A program made the translations under genes and the position numbers. From Candidatus Methylomirabilota bacterium (GTDB taxonomy: Bacteria; Desulfobacterota; Binatia; Bin18): a stretch of DNA of 64,000 nucleotides. The stretch lies in NCBI GenBank assembly GCA_035575235.1, contig DATLYA010000316.1, positions 32,245-96,244 on the forward strand, written 5' to 3'. This document shows, piece by piece, positions 63,771-64,000 of the stretch. The notes below the pieces were generated by a model. That model was not told the origin of the DNA. It was given only the letters and a program-made list of their open reading frames with translations, and ran no database searches. The stretch's first letter is position 1; every line of letters begins with the position of its first letter.

Positions 63771-64000
63771 ATGCCGGAAACACTGCTCAACACACGGGAG
63801 GTGGCGGAGTATCTGCAAGTCAATGAGAAGCAGGTGTATCGGCTCATCCGGAACGGTGGACTGCCGTGCACGCGCGTCACCGGCAAGTGGCTGTTTCCCA
63901 AAAGCCTGGTGGAAGAGTGGGTACAGCGCAGTGCCCGCTCCAAGGCGCTGGAGTCCACCCGCAACCTGGCGGTAACCGAACGGTTTGGGCTCGACCGCGG
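63771..64000 (+). CDS. Excisionase/MerR-like HTH DNA-binding protein, 3' end outside window (possibly TunR-type regulator)
   Basis: Not in the ORF track because it runs off the window. My translation is MPETLLNTREVAEYLQVNEKQVYRLIRNGGLPCTRVTGKWLFPKSLVEEWV..., an HTH_17/excisionase-type motif. Confidence 0.65.
   Translation, partial: MPETLLNTREVAEYLQVNEKQVYRLIRNGGLPCTRVTGKWLFPKSLVEEWVQRSARSKALESTRNLAVTERFGLDR

Overview
Gene-dense, GC-rich bacterial chromosomal window with about 62 protein-coding genes. I recognised no rRNA, tRNA, CRISPR array, transposase or integrase. All calls come from reading the sequence and ORF track by eye, with no searches run. CDS coordinates follow the ORF track, with starts re-picked where an internal ATG has a good Shine-Dalgarno. 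Repeat coordinates are by eye, about +/-2 nt.

Main content:
1. Tungsten/molybdenum/selenium enzymology at both ends. The 5' end carries a tungsten-type aldehyde:ferredoxin oxidoreductase (AOR), a FAD oxidoreductase and a MoaD-like gene. The 3' end carries one long minus-strand gene string: tupA-like tungstate-binding protein, hypothetical, porin, ModE-like HTH, FdhD, a selenocysteine (in-frame UGA plus SECIS) formate dehydrogenase catalytic subunit, a NuoE/F-like fusion, a detached NuoG-like Fe-S subunit, and an aldehyde dehydrogenase.
2. Two convergent operons at 10.07-20.75 kb, which I consider the best candidate for an undescribed system. One is LuxE-like acyl-protein synthetase, LuxC-like acyl reductase, class-III aminotransferase and SCP2. 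The other is PPOX-like, LicC/IPCT-like nucleotidyltransferase, ATP-grasp, a second class-III aminotransferase, Gfo/Idh/MocA dehydrogenase, and a DIPPS-like CDP-alcohol phosphotransferase.
3. An ECF sigma/anti-sigma-headed 10-kb envelope cluster: lipoprotein, RND pump, adaptor, porin, 2x USP, TolC.
4. A metabolic mix of luciferase-like monooxygenase (LLM)/F420-type oxidoreductases, amidohydrolase-2 proteins, SDRs, GSTs, crotonase and hydrolases.
5. At least six families of short palindromic or inverted intergenic repeats that generate many spurious ORFs.

Two genes look frameshifted: a GNAT and a tandem USP. Taxonomy cannot be determined from here. The repeat families and gene content suggest an uncultivated soil or sediment lineage, but that is a guess.
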